Positions 13,438-23,692 of a stretch of 64,000 bases of DNA are shown piece by piece. The stretch's first letter is position 1. Every line of letters begins with the position of its first letter. A model generated the notes under the pieces. It was not told the DNA's origin, did not search any database, and worked only from the letters and a program-made list of their open reading frames with translations. Position numbers and translations under genes: made by a program. This stretch comes from Fistulifera solaris (lineage: Eukaryota), in NCBI GenBank assembly GCA_030295235.1, contig AP026146.1:744001-808000 (forward strand). Direction: 5' to 3'.

Positions 13438-14468
13438 GATTCTTTCACAAAAGTTATCTTATATAAGTATATTTGAAAGAAGAAAGTCGGTTCACACGGA
13501 AGGAGCTTCAGCTAAAGATTGACAGAATTGGACTATTCCAATGGAAGGATGAATACTGGTAATCGGTGAAAAGTGCGTCGTGATTTTTCTTTGTGAAAAT
13601 TTTTGTGAAAATGACAAATCGGTCGAAAAAAAAACAATACCGGTAAGGTTAATAACAAATCCAGTCAATAACCTTAACGTTATTGGAGTAATATGTTTCT
13701 TAGCAATTGGCATGTGGGTGTTGCGCGTTGCGCCTTTGGTTGTTGCCCTGGCACTAGAGTAGACTAGTTGACCTTTTCGGGTAAGTGCGAAAACGGGTGT
13801 GACTATGTACCGATTGATTTGACCTAAAGACTGAATACCGATGCGCATGTGATAGAGAACAAGCTAGGGCAGTCATGATTTCCCTGATAAAAAATCCATA
13901 TTTTTGTCATCAGAAATCAGAAGTGTCCGAGTTGTTTTGACATGCAATGATTGCGGACTATACTTGTACCTGCTCCTTTCAATGTTATAGTCAATTACTT
14001 TGAGGTTTTTTACAGATTGAATCGACGTCTCTACAAAGTGTACGTCAAAAATCATGGGACCAAACACTTATTAATTCTAAGTAAGATTCGTCAAGAACGA
14101 AGGTCGTATTCGAACTATCCCTAAGTAAAAGGCATACGGGTGAACCAGCCGTAAACTCCTTTGGGAGAACGTTGGGCTCAACTTCCAGCTTCCTGGCTCC
14201 TCCGAACTTCCGGATCCCAAAACGGAATATTGGCTGCGAGAAAGGCGAAAAGGTCATCCATTTCTTCGTCAAATTTCTGGTTAATGCTCCATAACGTCAG
14301 TACAGGAAGGATCGGAGACACAAGCCATAGACTTCGGCCTTCTGTCAATCAATTGAACAAGCTAGATAAGTGGTAATAGAAACACTCCGTTACAGCTACA
14401 TTTTCGAAGCCAGGCCACAACTCGCAAGCTCAAACAACTTCACGAGTGTGACAACATAATCCTTTGCC

Positions 14469-15854
14469 ATGGTGCACCTACCAACAACTTCAGCTCACCT
14501 CAATCGCCACAAGAATACTGTGACGACCCGATCAAGGAAACATGACAAACTTCGATACTTCGGGGCTGCAACAATCCTCGCCTTTTGCATTGGGTGTCTG
14601 CTCGACTGGATCGCTTTACTGCAGGTGAAAAACGAAATGGTATCTTATGCGGACGAAATTCAGTATTGGAAACAAGAAGCGCTTGTTCTACTAGGAAATG
14701 ACCAGCGGAAGTCTCCTACGCAAAAGGATAGAATTGAAGCGATGCATGAAACAGCGGAGGATCGGCACATTGACATTCAAATCCCCCCGTATTCTCAAGA
14801 AGAGTCATTCGCAGGATGTATTCTTTTTCTGAATCAAAACCCCCGCCTGACCGAATGGATTGCCTATCATTTTTTTGCGCTACCTCTTCGAACCTTGATC
14901 ATCGCCTATGACCCTCGCACTACTGAACGGGCCACGGCATTAATCGAACGTTGGAAGAACGTGATCTCAATCATTGAATGGAATGACGAGGACTATTTAC
15001 CGGCTAACTGGACAGTCGGCTTAGAACCTGATCTCAAGGAGAAGACGTCTTTGGCAACAATGACTCACAGGAAACGTCAACTCACATTTTCTCAAAAATG
15101 CCACGAGCGCGCGGTTGAGATGGGGGTGAAGCGCACCATCATTATTGACCCCGACGAGTATCTACGTGTGAATCCAAAGGTCGTTCCTGCTACGTTTGTC
15201 AACACCAGTGAACCCGGTCACGTAACAAAAATGTTTCAGCAACTCGAAGCGCCGAATAACACAATGTTAGTGGAGCAACAAGGTGTTACATACAAAGCGA
15301 ACTGTTCAGTTTATCCTCGCGTGCAATTCACAACATTGGGACCTAGCGCTTTGTACCTGATTCCTAAAGATGTGGAATATTTAGAAGCAGGCTTGGTCGA
15401 TCCGTTCTACTTCAATACACTCCGATATCGGTATCGGAATGCACGTATCATGAAGCATGCGAAAGGGTTGGTTTATACCATGCACGAAACACCGCATCAA
15501 ATCATCAATCTCCATTATCCGCTGGATCTGAAATGCCTTAAATCGGCGTACTCGATTGACAAGTCTCCCCTGCTCGTCAATCATTACATTGGCAGTTTTG
15601 AAGACTTCTTGCATTCCTTTCGCAGCGACGCACGAAATGATGCACTTGACTTTGTTAAACTCAGGTCTAGATGGGAAGAGCGAGCTCGTGGTTATGGAGG
15701 TACGGAAGCTTTCCATTTTCATTTACGGAATCCTTTAGTACGAGATGAAGACATAACGAGCTGGATTCCTGCTTTCTTTGCTTGGCAATCGGATGATGTT
15801 GCACGCACTCTTCTTCGTGATACAGGAGCGAGGGCGCGGAATTCAAATGTATGA
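14469..15854 (+). CDS. Type II membrane GT-A-fold glycosyltransferase-like protein (GT92/GT2-like)
   Basis: TM at about aa 30-52; L.EWIAYH, IIIDPDEY (DxD motif), KG..Y, LVNHY.GS.E. Confidence 0.72.
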   Translation: MVHLPTTSAHLNRHKNTVTTRSRKHDKLRYFGAATILAFCIGCLLDWIALLQVKNEMVSYADEIQYWKQEALVLLGNDQRKSPTQKDRIEAMHETAEDRHIDIQIPPYSQEESFAGCILFLNQNPRLTEWIAYHFFALPLRTLIIAYDPRTTERATALIERWKNVISIIEWNDEDYLPANWTVGLEPDLKEKTSLATMTHRKRQLTFSQKCHERAVEMGVKRTIIIDPDEYLRVNPKVVPATFVNTSEPGHVTKMFQQLEAPNNTMLVEQQGVTYKANCSVYPRVQFTTLGPSALYLIPKDVEYLEAGLVDPFYFNTLRYRYRNARIMKHAKGLVYTMHETPHQIINLHYPLDLKCLKSAYSIDKSPLLVNHYIGSFEDFLHSFRSDARNDALDFVKLRSRWEERARGYGGTEAFHFHLRNPLVRDEDITSWIPAFFAWQSDDVARTLLRDTGARARNSNV

Positions 15855-16297
15855 TTGATAATGACTGTTTTATTGTTTTTGAGCGTTTTTGACAATAGAG
15901 GCGCATCATCAATCAAGTGGAAGTCGTCGCCTATCGTCATATTATTTGTAGTTAAGGTTAGCAATATTTGATATTTAAGGTTACAGGTTTATATTTTATC
16001 GCGTGTCCTTTTCCTCTTTCCTTTAGCTAAGTCACCTGGACATTAAGGTGAACAGTACTTCAATATCCCAATCTTAGAGCGGATAAGAGCGGAGACAATT
16101 CTCTAGCTACTCTCTCTCTAGCTAGAGAGTACCGGTACCTGGTATCAGCACTTTGACTTTGAATTAGATAGTTTACGTCAACACCGAGAACTTATAAGGA
16201 AGATAAAACCCGACTTCGCAAGTTCTCCTCCGTGTTCTCTTTAGATTCTTGTTGTCTGTCATCGCCTTTAACCTATTCTTTGCTGTGAAAATAAAAC

Positions 16298-17476
16298 GTG
16301 CAAATGCAGTTGACGCAACCGCGTTCACGGCGCGGATATTCCACTGTAGTGGGGTTCATTGTGCTTTTAATTTACTTCGCAGTGTCGACTCCTCTTCTTT
16401 ATCTCAGAATCTTCTATCCGCTGACTAATCGCGCTCGCATTCATCCCTTCAATGCAAAACCTTTTCTCACTCTAGCCAATGACGAGACAACGATTCTCCT
16501 CAATGCAGGACAGGGCACCACAGGAACTACGACTGTCATGGAGGCAACTTGTCGCTTGGGAATTCCGGGTTTTCACTATCATGCCTCATGTGTTCCCTAT
16601 CAAACACTTTTTTCAAAAAGAGACGAATACCTTAGGAAGTACAACCGCGTGTTAGATACAAAGAAAAACCTGCACGACAAGTTGATGAAAAATTATTACT
16701 ATATCAGAGAATGCGCCTACCCGCGAAGAAAAACCTGGTGGCAACGGCTCGTCCACGACGCAATGGTCAAATGCACCATGACACGCTTCGTAGAAGTACT
16801 GCAAGAAAGCAAAGCGTTGTTAGATGAACTGCTGAAACAACCAGGTAGTTTTTCTCTTCACGACTCGCCTTATCCGTACTTTTTGGATTACATTTTACAA
16901 CAAGCGCAAGCTGGTGATGTGCCGAGAAAGATATCACTCGTGCTTTCGGAGCGTGAAAGTGTGTCTTGGTCGTCAAGGCGGATCCGCAAGCATAGAGAGG
17001 CACTGGTATGCAGAGAACACTTCAAAGAAATCATCAACGGAAGAATGGCTTTGGGAATCGATTCTGATGGCGAAGACAACTTTTACTACGCTGGCGCCTT
17101 CGATTTGATTGCATGTGTCGACTACGCTAGAAAACAGGATCCGCCTCCACACTTTGTCTCCGACGCTATCATTTCTTACAGAGGTTTGGGAGAAATTTGC
17201 GACTCATATAAAGATCGAGCCACACAATGTCATACGCGTCTTAGTGAAATCAATGCTCGTGCTCTAACAGAGTATCAAGACCGTGTTCGGCAGCTCTACA
17301 TTCCGGATTTCATGATCAACTTGTGGGACAAGAAAGTAACGATTGAAGATATCGCCAAGAATCTTTATAATGTAGTCCCCAAGTTGCAAAATATGGTAAA
17401 TCGGGTGGAAATGGTCAAGCGTGGAGGTCGTCGTGACGGTAAAGTACTACCGCTTATTATAAATGCCAAAGACTAG
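16298..17476 (+). CDS. Type II membrane sulfotransferase-like (P-loop/5'-PSB) protein
   Basis: TM; ILLNAGQGTTGTTT (5'-PSB-like), LHDSPYP, LVLSERE..SW (3'-PB-like). Start codon uncertain (GTG, or ATG at 16304). Confidence 0.62.
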   Translation: MQMQLTQPRSRRGYSTVVGFIVLLIYFAVSTPLLYLRIFYPLTNRARIHPFNAKPFLTLANDETTILLNAGQGTTGTTTVMEATCRLGIPGFHYHASCVPYQTLFSKRDEYLRKYNRVLDTKKNLHDKLMKNYYYIRECAYPRRKTWWQRLVHDAMVKCTMTRFVEVLQESKALLDELLKQPGSFSLHDSPYPYFLDYILQQAQAGDVPRKISLVLSERESVSWSSRRIRKHREALVCREHFKEIINGRMALGIDSDGEDNFYYAGAFDLIACVDYARKQDPPPHFVSDAIISYRGLGEICDSYKDRATQCHTRLSEINARALTEYQDRVRQLYIPDFMINLWDKKVTIEDIAKNLYNVVPKLQNMVNRVEMVKRGGRRDGKVLPLIINAKD

Positions 17477-17630
17477 GAGAAACGAATTCACCAAGGAATT
17501 CGCTCGCTGAAAGTAATCATAGAATGTATTTTAGATGTATAATGAGTAATTATTGAAAATTGATTAAGGGGAAAATTATATCGACGTGCGTTTCACTACC
17601 GATAATAATGTAATTCTAGGGCTTACGCAT

Positions 17631-18869
17631 TTATCCTCGACTAGTTCTCACAATAAGATTGTCCTTCCTGGGAGAGCCATTGCTGCCACTTTCTGGATTA
17701 TAAACTGGTATCCTAGATGAGGATATTACTCGTGAATGTTCCTTGGCAAAAGTACCTGTTTGGGAAGACCGGTTCGTGGCATTTTTGGTTTTATTGGCTC
17801 GACGCAATAGTTCGTTCTCATCGTTGGTGCGGCCTTTACTCTGCGACACATTTAATTTAGACAGCCATTCTGTTACTTCCTGGTAACTGCTCTGGGACTT
17901 TGATGCTGCCACTTCCGACTGGCTCTTCTTTATTTTGGACGGAAGACGGTCAATGAGAAGTTCCTCCTCGTTATCGTCGACTTCAATTTGCAGTGGAGCC
18001 GGCTTGCGGAAAATCGAAGAAACAGACTTGGAAGGTGCTCGTGTGTTACTTTTGGTGTTATCATCCGTCAATAATGGCACTACACGTGAGCTCATAATCC
18101 GCTGCAATCGCTCCTTGTGCTTTGTCGGAGCGTCTGCAAAGAAATCGCCCAAATTTGCCAACGTGAACGGTTGCGTTAGATCATCCGCATGCACCGGATA
18201 CCACCACATTGGAGCATTATTGAGGAATTGCGAACTAGTTGCTGCATCTTGCTCATCAGGATGACCGAAAAGGCATACGACTGGTTTGGGAGGGAACCCA
18301 GATACCTCAAGGATATATTGTTTCATGATTTCGTTTTGAAAAGGACTGCAAAAGTCGTCCTGTTTCATTAGTGGCTGAGCAACCAAGTGTGACGAATAGA
18401 GTGTAGCGGGCCACCAAACATTTTCGATTGTAGGGGATTGAAACCAAACTAGAGTTGGTTTCTTAGTAGCTTGCTCAAAGTCTCCGTTCGTACCAGATGA
18501 TGACTGTGCAGTGCGCGGAAGGCTCTGATTCGACAAGCTAGCTCGTCGCTGTTGACCCGCTATGCTCGAGGGTGGATGATCGCGCATCTCCTCTGTTGTA
18601 TAATTGCGAAGACAGGCGGAATAGATTGAGCGAGTTTCGTGGTTTATAACATTGTGTGGCGACTTGACGACCTCAGTAGGATCAGAGTAACGAAAAGTCG
18701 GTTCTTTACAAGTCGGACACTTCATTGTAACATTTCGATTGTTCTGTCCAGCTCCACTGGTCTCGAAGCAGGCATTTAAGCAATCGCGACACACTGATTG
18801 CCCACAGTGAGAACACTGCACTTGGTGAATCGAGTCAAAGTTGCAAATCGGACACGCATACGGTTTCAT
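17631..18869 (-). CDS. RING-type zinc finger protein with a PWWP-like segment
   Basis: CPIC...CSHC...CRDC...CPTC near the N-terminus; LVWF...WWPA.LY centrally; disordered C-terminus. Confidence 0.7.
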   Translation of the reverse strand: MKPYACPICNFDSIHQVQCSHCGQSVCRDCLNACFETSGAGQNNRNVTMKCPTCKEPTFRYSDPTEVVKSPHNVINHETRSIYSACLRNYTTEEMRDHPPSSIAGQQRRASLSNQSLPRTAQSSSGTNGDFEQATKKPTLVWFQSPTIENVWWPATLYSSHLVAQPLMKQDDFCSPFQNEIMKQYILEVSGFPPKPVVCLFGHPDEQDAATSSQFLNNAPMWWYPVHADDLTQPFTLANLGDFFADAPTKHKERLQRIMSSRVVPLLTDDNTKSNTRAPSKSVSSIFRKPAPLQIEVDDNEEELLIDRLPSKIKKSQSEVAASKSQSSYQEVTEWLSKLNVSQSKGRTNDENELLRRANKTKNATNRSSQTGTFAKEHSRVISSSRIPVYNPESGSNGSPRKDNLIVRTSRG

Positions 18870-19516
18870 TGTCGCTATTGTTGTAGAAGAAAGTTCGAGA
18901 TAACGACGCCTATGAGACCTGGAGATGCCCGACAAAACCTGAAGCGACCTAGACGAATGTTACTTAATGTTTTTGTCAAAATGATGGTATAACTACTGGT
19001 ACCTGTGGCTTTCGCACCAAGAATGCCCTGCCTTTTTGGCAATATAATAAGCGAAGAGGTGCACAAAGTGCATCTTCGCTGATGCGCGCCGGCCAGGATT
19101 TGAAATCGCAGAATATCGCATCTTTGATAACCTGTAAGACTTCATGATAACACCTTGCTTGGAAAATATCCGGGTGTCCCTGTGTTAATACATTTTCTTG
19201 CAAGGCCTACGTGTAAAGTACTTGTACAGTAACGTTAGCCGTTTCGTGGCTATAGTAAAAGCGTTGCACCTTTCCATTTCGGATTCTTTGACCTTGAGGA
19301 AATTCAATTGTTGCTTTCAGGTACAATTGCAACACTCTGATGAACATCAAAGTAGACTAACTTTTGGGGTCAAAATATATCTGGTAGCATGGGTGATCGA
19401 TGTGTGCAATATCGGGGTTGCTCCTTTGTCGGCTACTTTTTTCATTGTAAAAATTTATGCAAACACGGGCGTTAATTAACAAGCGCAGTCGCGAAAGAAA
19501 CTAGGGCACTCGACCA

Positions 19517-20359
19517 TTATCTCTCAGAAGGGGCTGTTATTGTTGGTCCAATGGTTTTATTAACATTTCCAAAGGGGCGATCATCTCGTAATGCCGCCTG
19601 CAATACGTTTTGTACACATTGTCGACTTGCTTGTGCAGGAAACAGATTTTGTGTCGCTGTGTAAGCTTTTTGTGAGACACATTGTGAGCTTGTGAACCAT
19701 CCACCGTAGCACTCGGCTTGTTTTGCCGCCCGCACTTCGGAATAAGCCAAATTCTCGCATGATCGTAGATCCAACTGAAGCTTCCGTACATCGTACACAT
19801 GTATAAGTTCGTGCACTAGCATCTCTTCCATTTCCGCTACTCCAGAACGGTTGGTACATATGACAACAGAGATAGGAGAGGGACCGGTTATGAACGCCCG
19901 AGCATTCCCTTCTGGTCCAGTGTCGCTACATTCCCGACAAACAATTGAAAGCCACTCCTTCCGTGACGAATGGTGATTTCCTTCTTCTCTCTTGACTGCA
20001 TCACCCGAGTAGTGGGGTTTCTTCGATGAAAAGGCCAATTGAGACGTTCGGCGTTGGGGTATAACGAAAGTGTCGGCAGAACTTTCAAGGGCGTCCGCGC
20101 GCGTGTCATCATCATTTGCATCAGCATCATTCCAGTTACGCGTCGGCTCCATTTTTGGAGAAGCAATCTCCACTTGTATTCCGCTAGCAATCGGTCTCCA
20201 TGCTGTGGGGTTTAAAGACTCCAGCAGTTTACGAGGCCGCGATGACGCCGTGTGCAGTAAGACTTTTTGCAGCAACTGCGCGCATGAGCTGCAATCTGAA
20301 GAGTCTCCGACTGCCGTATTCGACTTTACAGGTAGCAGTTTTGACGCTTCTTCTAGCAT
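19517..20359 (-). CDS. ATP23: Mitochondrial inner membrane protease ATP23 (peptidase M76)
   Basis: ICTN, HELIHVYD (HExxH), C.NLAYSEVRAA, CV.QKA...T, D.RPF. Confidence 0.9.
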   Translation of the reverse strand: MLEEASKLLPVKSNTAVGDSSDCSSCAQLLQKVLLHTASSRPRKLLESLNPTAWRPIASGIQVEIASPKMEPTRNWNDADANDDDTRADALESSADTFVIPQRRTSQLAFSSKKPHYSGDAVKREEGNHHSSRKEWLSIVCRECSDTGPEGNARAFITGPSPISVVICTNRSGVAEMEEMLVHELIHVYDVRKLQLDLRSCENLAYSEVRAAKQAECYGGWFTSSQCVSQKAYTATQNLFPAQASRQCVQNVLQAALRDDRPFGNVNKTIGPTITAPSER

Positions 20360-21373
20360 TCTCTGATATGCAAATTGAGAGACGAAACAGTGGCGACGAC
20401 TCTAGATAAGCAGCAACTGTCTTTGATCGATAGACAATGTGCCCAGAAAAGACGAATATGCTCGGATCTCTTTACTTGATCAAGAATGAAGGCCACGAAG
20501 GATAAGGGCGACTTCTAACCCTGTTTAGTTGCAAGGGAAAGGGTTGTTTGTGCTTTTAGGTTCTCCACTTCTATGTTTTTGTGAATTGTTGCGTTGCAAC
20601 TTTCAGTTGTTTAGCGGTGATTGCGGTGATGAGAGCGATGATCGACGACAAGAATTCCGTTTCTTCCTCGTGACTCACAACCCATGACTTGCTGAGCGTC
20701 GCATTCAAAATGATGGTTCACGAATAGTACTGGTACTGTAGTCTACATCTACAGAAAACAGAATAACCTGACTACGATCGCAACATGCAAATGCAGTGCC
20801 TTGAAACAAATGTCTTGGACGCAGAAGGCAGAAGCCTTGCGAAGCATCCGGCAAAGCAATATTCCCGGGTCTCGAGGTTCGAGCAGTCTCGACATTGAAT
20901 CTGAGTAAAGAGTCATCTTCATTTTACTTATAGTTTGTGGTTCTGGATTCAGCACTGCGAGAACGCTCACTCTACCATCGGACAGATACAAGTATCGAGA
21001 TAAGAGTCAATGGGTGCCAACTGCCAAGTCAAGCGTTAATGGATGGTTTGTCGAAATGGATTCCAAATCGGATGGCTTTTCCATTCGACCTGAAATTGAT
21101 TCAGATGCTCCATGCATATGCTCTAGTTGTCTTCAAAGTCTTTTTCCAGCGTAAGTATAACAACACGATAAAAATAGATCCGTCGTAGCACATCGGACGA
21201 GGCGCAAGTCAAAACCGAAAAAAGAACGATCATTGCTTATTACAGTTTGGGATTAGACTTCTTATTTTTCTAGCTAGAATCCGCTAGCATAGCGATTGAA
21301 AGATTTGTGCATCAACTTGTGGGTCTTTCATTTATTGCTTGTATTTGCACTGAAGAGTGTGTGTGTCATTGGG

Positions 21374-21652
21374 TTAGTGTGGGGCATCCACAGAACCGAA
21401 ATCTGAAACGCCATCATCGCCGAGAAGTTCGAGCGCTTCATTGAGAACCTCAATTAAAGTTCGACGAGCACTCGATCGTCGACGAGGCTGCTCCAGAGTA
21501 GCATAAGATGTGTTTCCATCATGAGCGGATGGAATTGTAGCAGAGTCACGGGACAAATAGGAAGGTACAGCAGAACGGCGGCTCATGCTTCGAGGTGATT
21601 GCGTAGCTTGGTTGGAGTGACGATAAGTGGGACCTCCAAAGCACGAAGACAT
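21374..21652 (-). CDS. Small hypothetical protein
   Basis: S/R-rich ORF ending in an amphipathic LIEVLNEALELL helix; a GT-AG intron-like segment (21718-21654) lies just upstream of the ATG. Confidence 0.5.
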   Translation of the reverse strand: MSSCFGGPTYRHSNQATQSPRSMSRRSAVPSYLSRDSATIPSAHDGNTSYATLEQPRRRSSARRTLIEVLNEALELLGDDGVSDFGSVDAPH

Positions 21653-22419
21653 TCTATCGATCAAATGAAAAGAGAAAGAGAACGGTATAAAATGGCTCCG
21701 TTTGGACTATCAACGTACCTTTTGAGAGATCTCCGTTTTGAAAATAATGGAAGGGTCGTTGAATTGATGGATGAAACGACGTCTTGTTGAGATTGGAGAT
21801 ACCCCGATGAGCCGGATGTCCAAGGCTTCTTCCAACATGTGGCTCAGGGCCATACGCCCAAAGTCTTTGGGCTTGTTCCCAATGTATCCCTATAAATTTT
21901 TGGTGTCAGAAACATAAGAATGCCAGTACCGCTTCAGTCGCGTTTCTGTTTTTGTTGAATTTGATTGGTGGAGAAAAAAGATAACGTAAGTCAACAGATC
22001 AACAGAGGAAAGACGAGGCGCGGTTGCGTTTTATTTTTGATGATGATTCTTCAATGTGTACACTTCCATCTACTCGAATGGAAATGTAATTTCGGCTGAC
22101 AGATGGCAAACAGCAACTGACACCTGGCGGCATCGTTTCTCATTGTGCGGCATCGCTCAAGGCTCAAGGTATGTCGGGTGTCGGGTGTCGGGTGTCAGAA
22201 ATTCAGAATGAATCATCGTCTACTTTGTAGCATAGCTCACAGCAGTAGAGTGGCAGCACTAAACAAACTACAGTCCTTACAAAGGTACTACTATTTATTA
22301 CTCCGAGTATGACTAACTACTGGTGACGGAAGCCTCTCTAGCTAGTGACTGCCGAAAGGAGTCGTGCGTCGTGTGTTATTTTTTTTCTCCTCTCGCCGCA
22401 TACAATGACAATTTGCACC

Positions 22420-23616
22420 ATGAGATCCTTTTTCTGTTGTAGCCTCATTGCTCTGCCTGCGGTACTCTTGTCGACTGTATCTCATGCGTTTCAAATTGAT
22501 ACATTGCAAGAAGGACAAGGACGCAATGTGGTGGTTGATCTACAAAATACACCATTCGCAAAATACTGGGAGAACATTACATCATTAGAAAAATTTTCGG
22601 GTGAAAAGACTCATCTCAAGGTCGAAGGTTATACCTTCTCGGGTCGCATGACTGTTTATCATTATCTGATTCATTCGATCGACCTGGGAGACTTATGGGG
22701 TGATCCTTTTGTCAGAGAATATCATTGGCTATGGTCTTATGCTGCACAACTCGACTGGCAGCACCGTTCGAAGCGATTGCAGACTCTAGGAGACGATTCA
22801 GATACGAACGATGAAATATCTCAAGAAAGCTGGTGGGCTTACATGAATTTCGGGTTTTCGGTCGCTATTTTGTTAGGATGGAAACAAACGCGGCCGGATA
22901 TCACGACCGAACTAGATATCTATAGTCAGTTTCTCACCGATAACGACAAGGCGATGCAAAAGTGCATTCAAGGATGGGAAGCTTTATTCAGAGAAGGCTA
23001 TAGCGATTTTATTGATGCATATAACTCACAAGCCAACATCATGGAAGCTCGCTACATACTTCAGCACCATGTCTGGAAAGTGCACACGTCCGTCATCGAG
23101 TACTGTCAGTCTGAAGGAACTATTTACTCGACTTTGCTGGACAAATTGCCATCGCCCGAACGGCAATTTGGAGAAGGCTGGGCTCGTTTGGTGCATGTAC
23201 TGGCTGCAGCATGCTTTCCTACGGATTTAGTAACGCTGAAACAAGATGGGGGCGGTTTTCTCCCACTGCAACGTTTGGAGCCAGAAACGTGGGAGACTAT
23301 GCCGAGATCAAACTTTTATGATGCTTGCCGATACCGGACTGTTCTAGCGACTCATGACCTGGTTCTTATGAAACCTTCGCAGATTAATGCAATGATTGGC
23401 TTCTGGACACGAATTGCTCGAAGCCATTCACTCAGTCGCATGTTACCGAGAGTCATTGTGGATCTGTATCACGGCTCATTTCTTACGAAATTCCAAAAGC
23501 TGGGACAGCTTATGTTCTGGTTTTTTTCGTCCAGGGGAAAGAATTGCCATAGTTTTGGCTGTCCTTCTTCCTTGGATGTTCAAGCTGCTTCACTAGTCAT
23601 GGATACAGAGGAATAG
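22420..23616 (+). CDS. LEG1: LEG1 (C6orf58) family secreted protein homologue
   Basis: Signal peptide; RM.VY..LI, LW...QLDWQHRS.RL, IS.ESWWAYMNF, VWKVHTS, E.QFG.GW..LV..LAA..FPT match, in order, the LEG1 blocks as I recall them. Confidence 0.8.
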   Translation: MRSFFCCSLIALPAVLLSTVSHAFQIDTLQEGQGRNVVVDLQNTPFAKYWENITSLEKFSGEKTHLKVEGYTFSGRMTVYHYLIHSIDLGDLWGDPFVREYHWLWSYAAQLDWQHRSKRLQTLGDDSDTNDEISQESWWAYMNFGFSVAILLGWKQTRPDITTELDIYSQFLTDNDKAMQKCIQGWEALFREGYSDFIDAYNSQANIMEARYILQHHVWKVHTSVIEYCQSEGTIYSTLLDKLPSPERQFGEGWARLVHVLAAACFPTDLVTLKQDGGGFLPLQRLEPETWETMPRSNFYDACRYRTVLATHDLVLMKPSQINAMIGFWTRIARSHSLSRMLPRVIVDLYHGSFLTKFQKLGQLMFWFFSSRGKNCHSFGCPSSLDVQAASLVMDTEE

Positions 23617-23692
23617 ATTGAAATTAGTGCGTTCCCCATTTTGATGGTCAACAGACTTACGGTGCACGCCGAGAGATTTGCACTTTTGATTA

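Noticed and set aside
22173..22197. (GTCGGGT)3 repeat
   Set aside because: Short simple repeat with no evidence of function.
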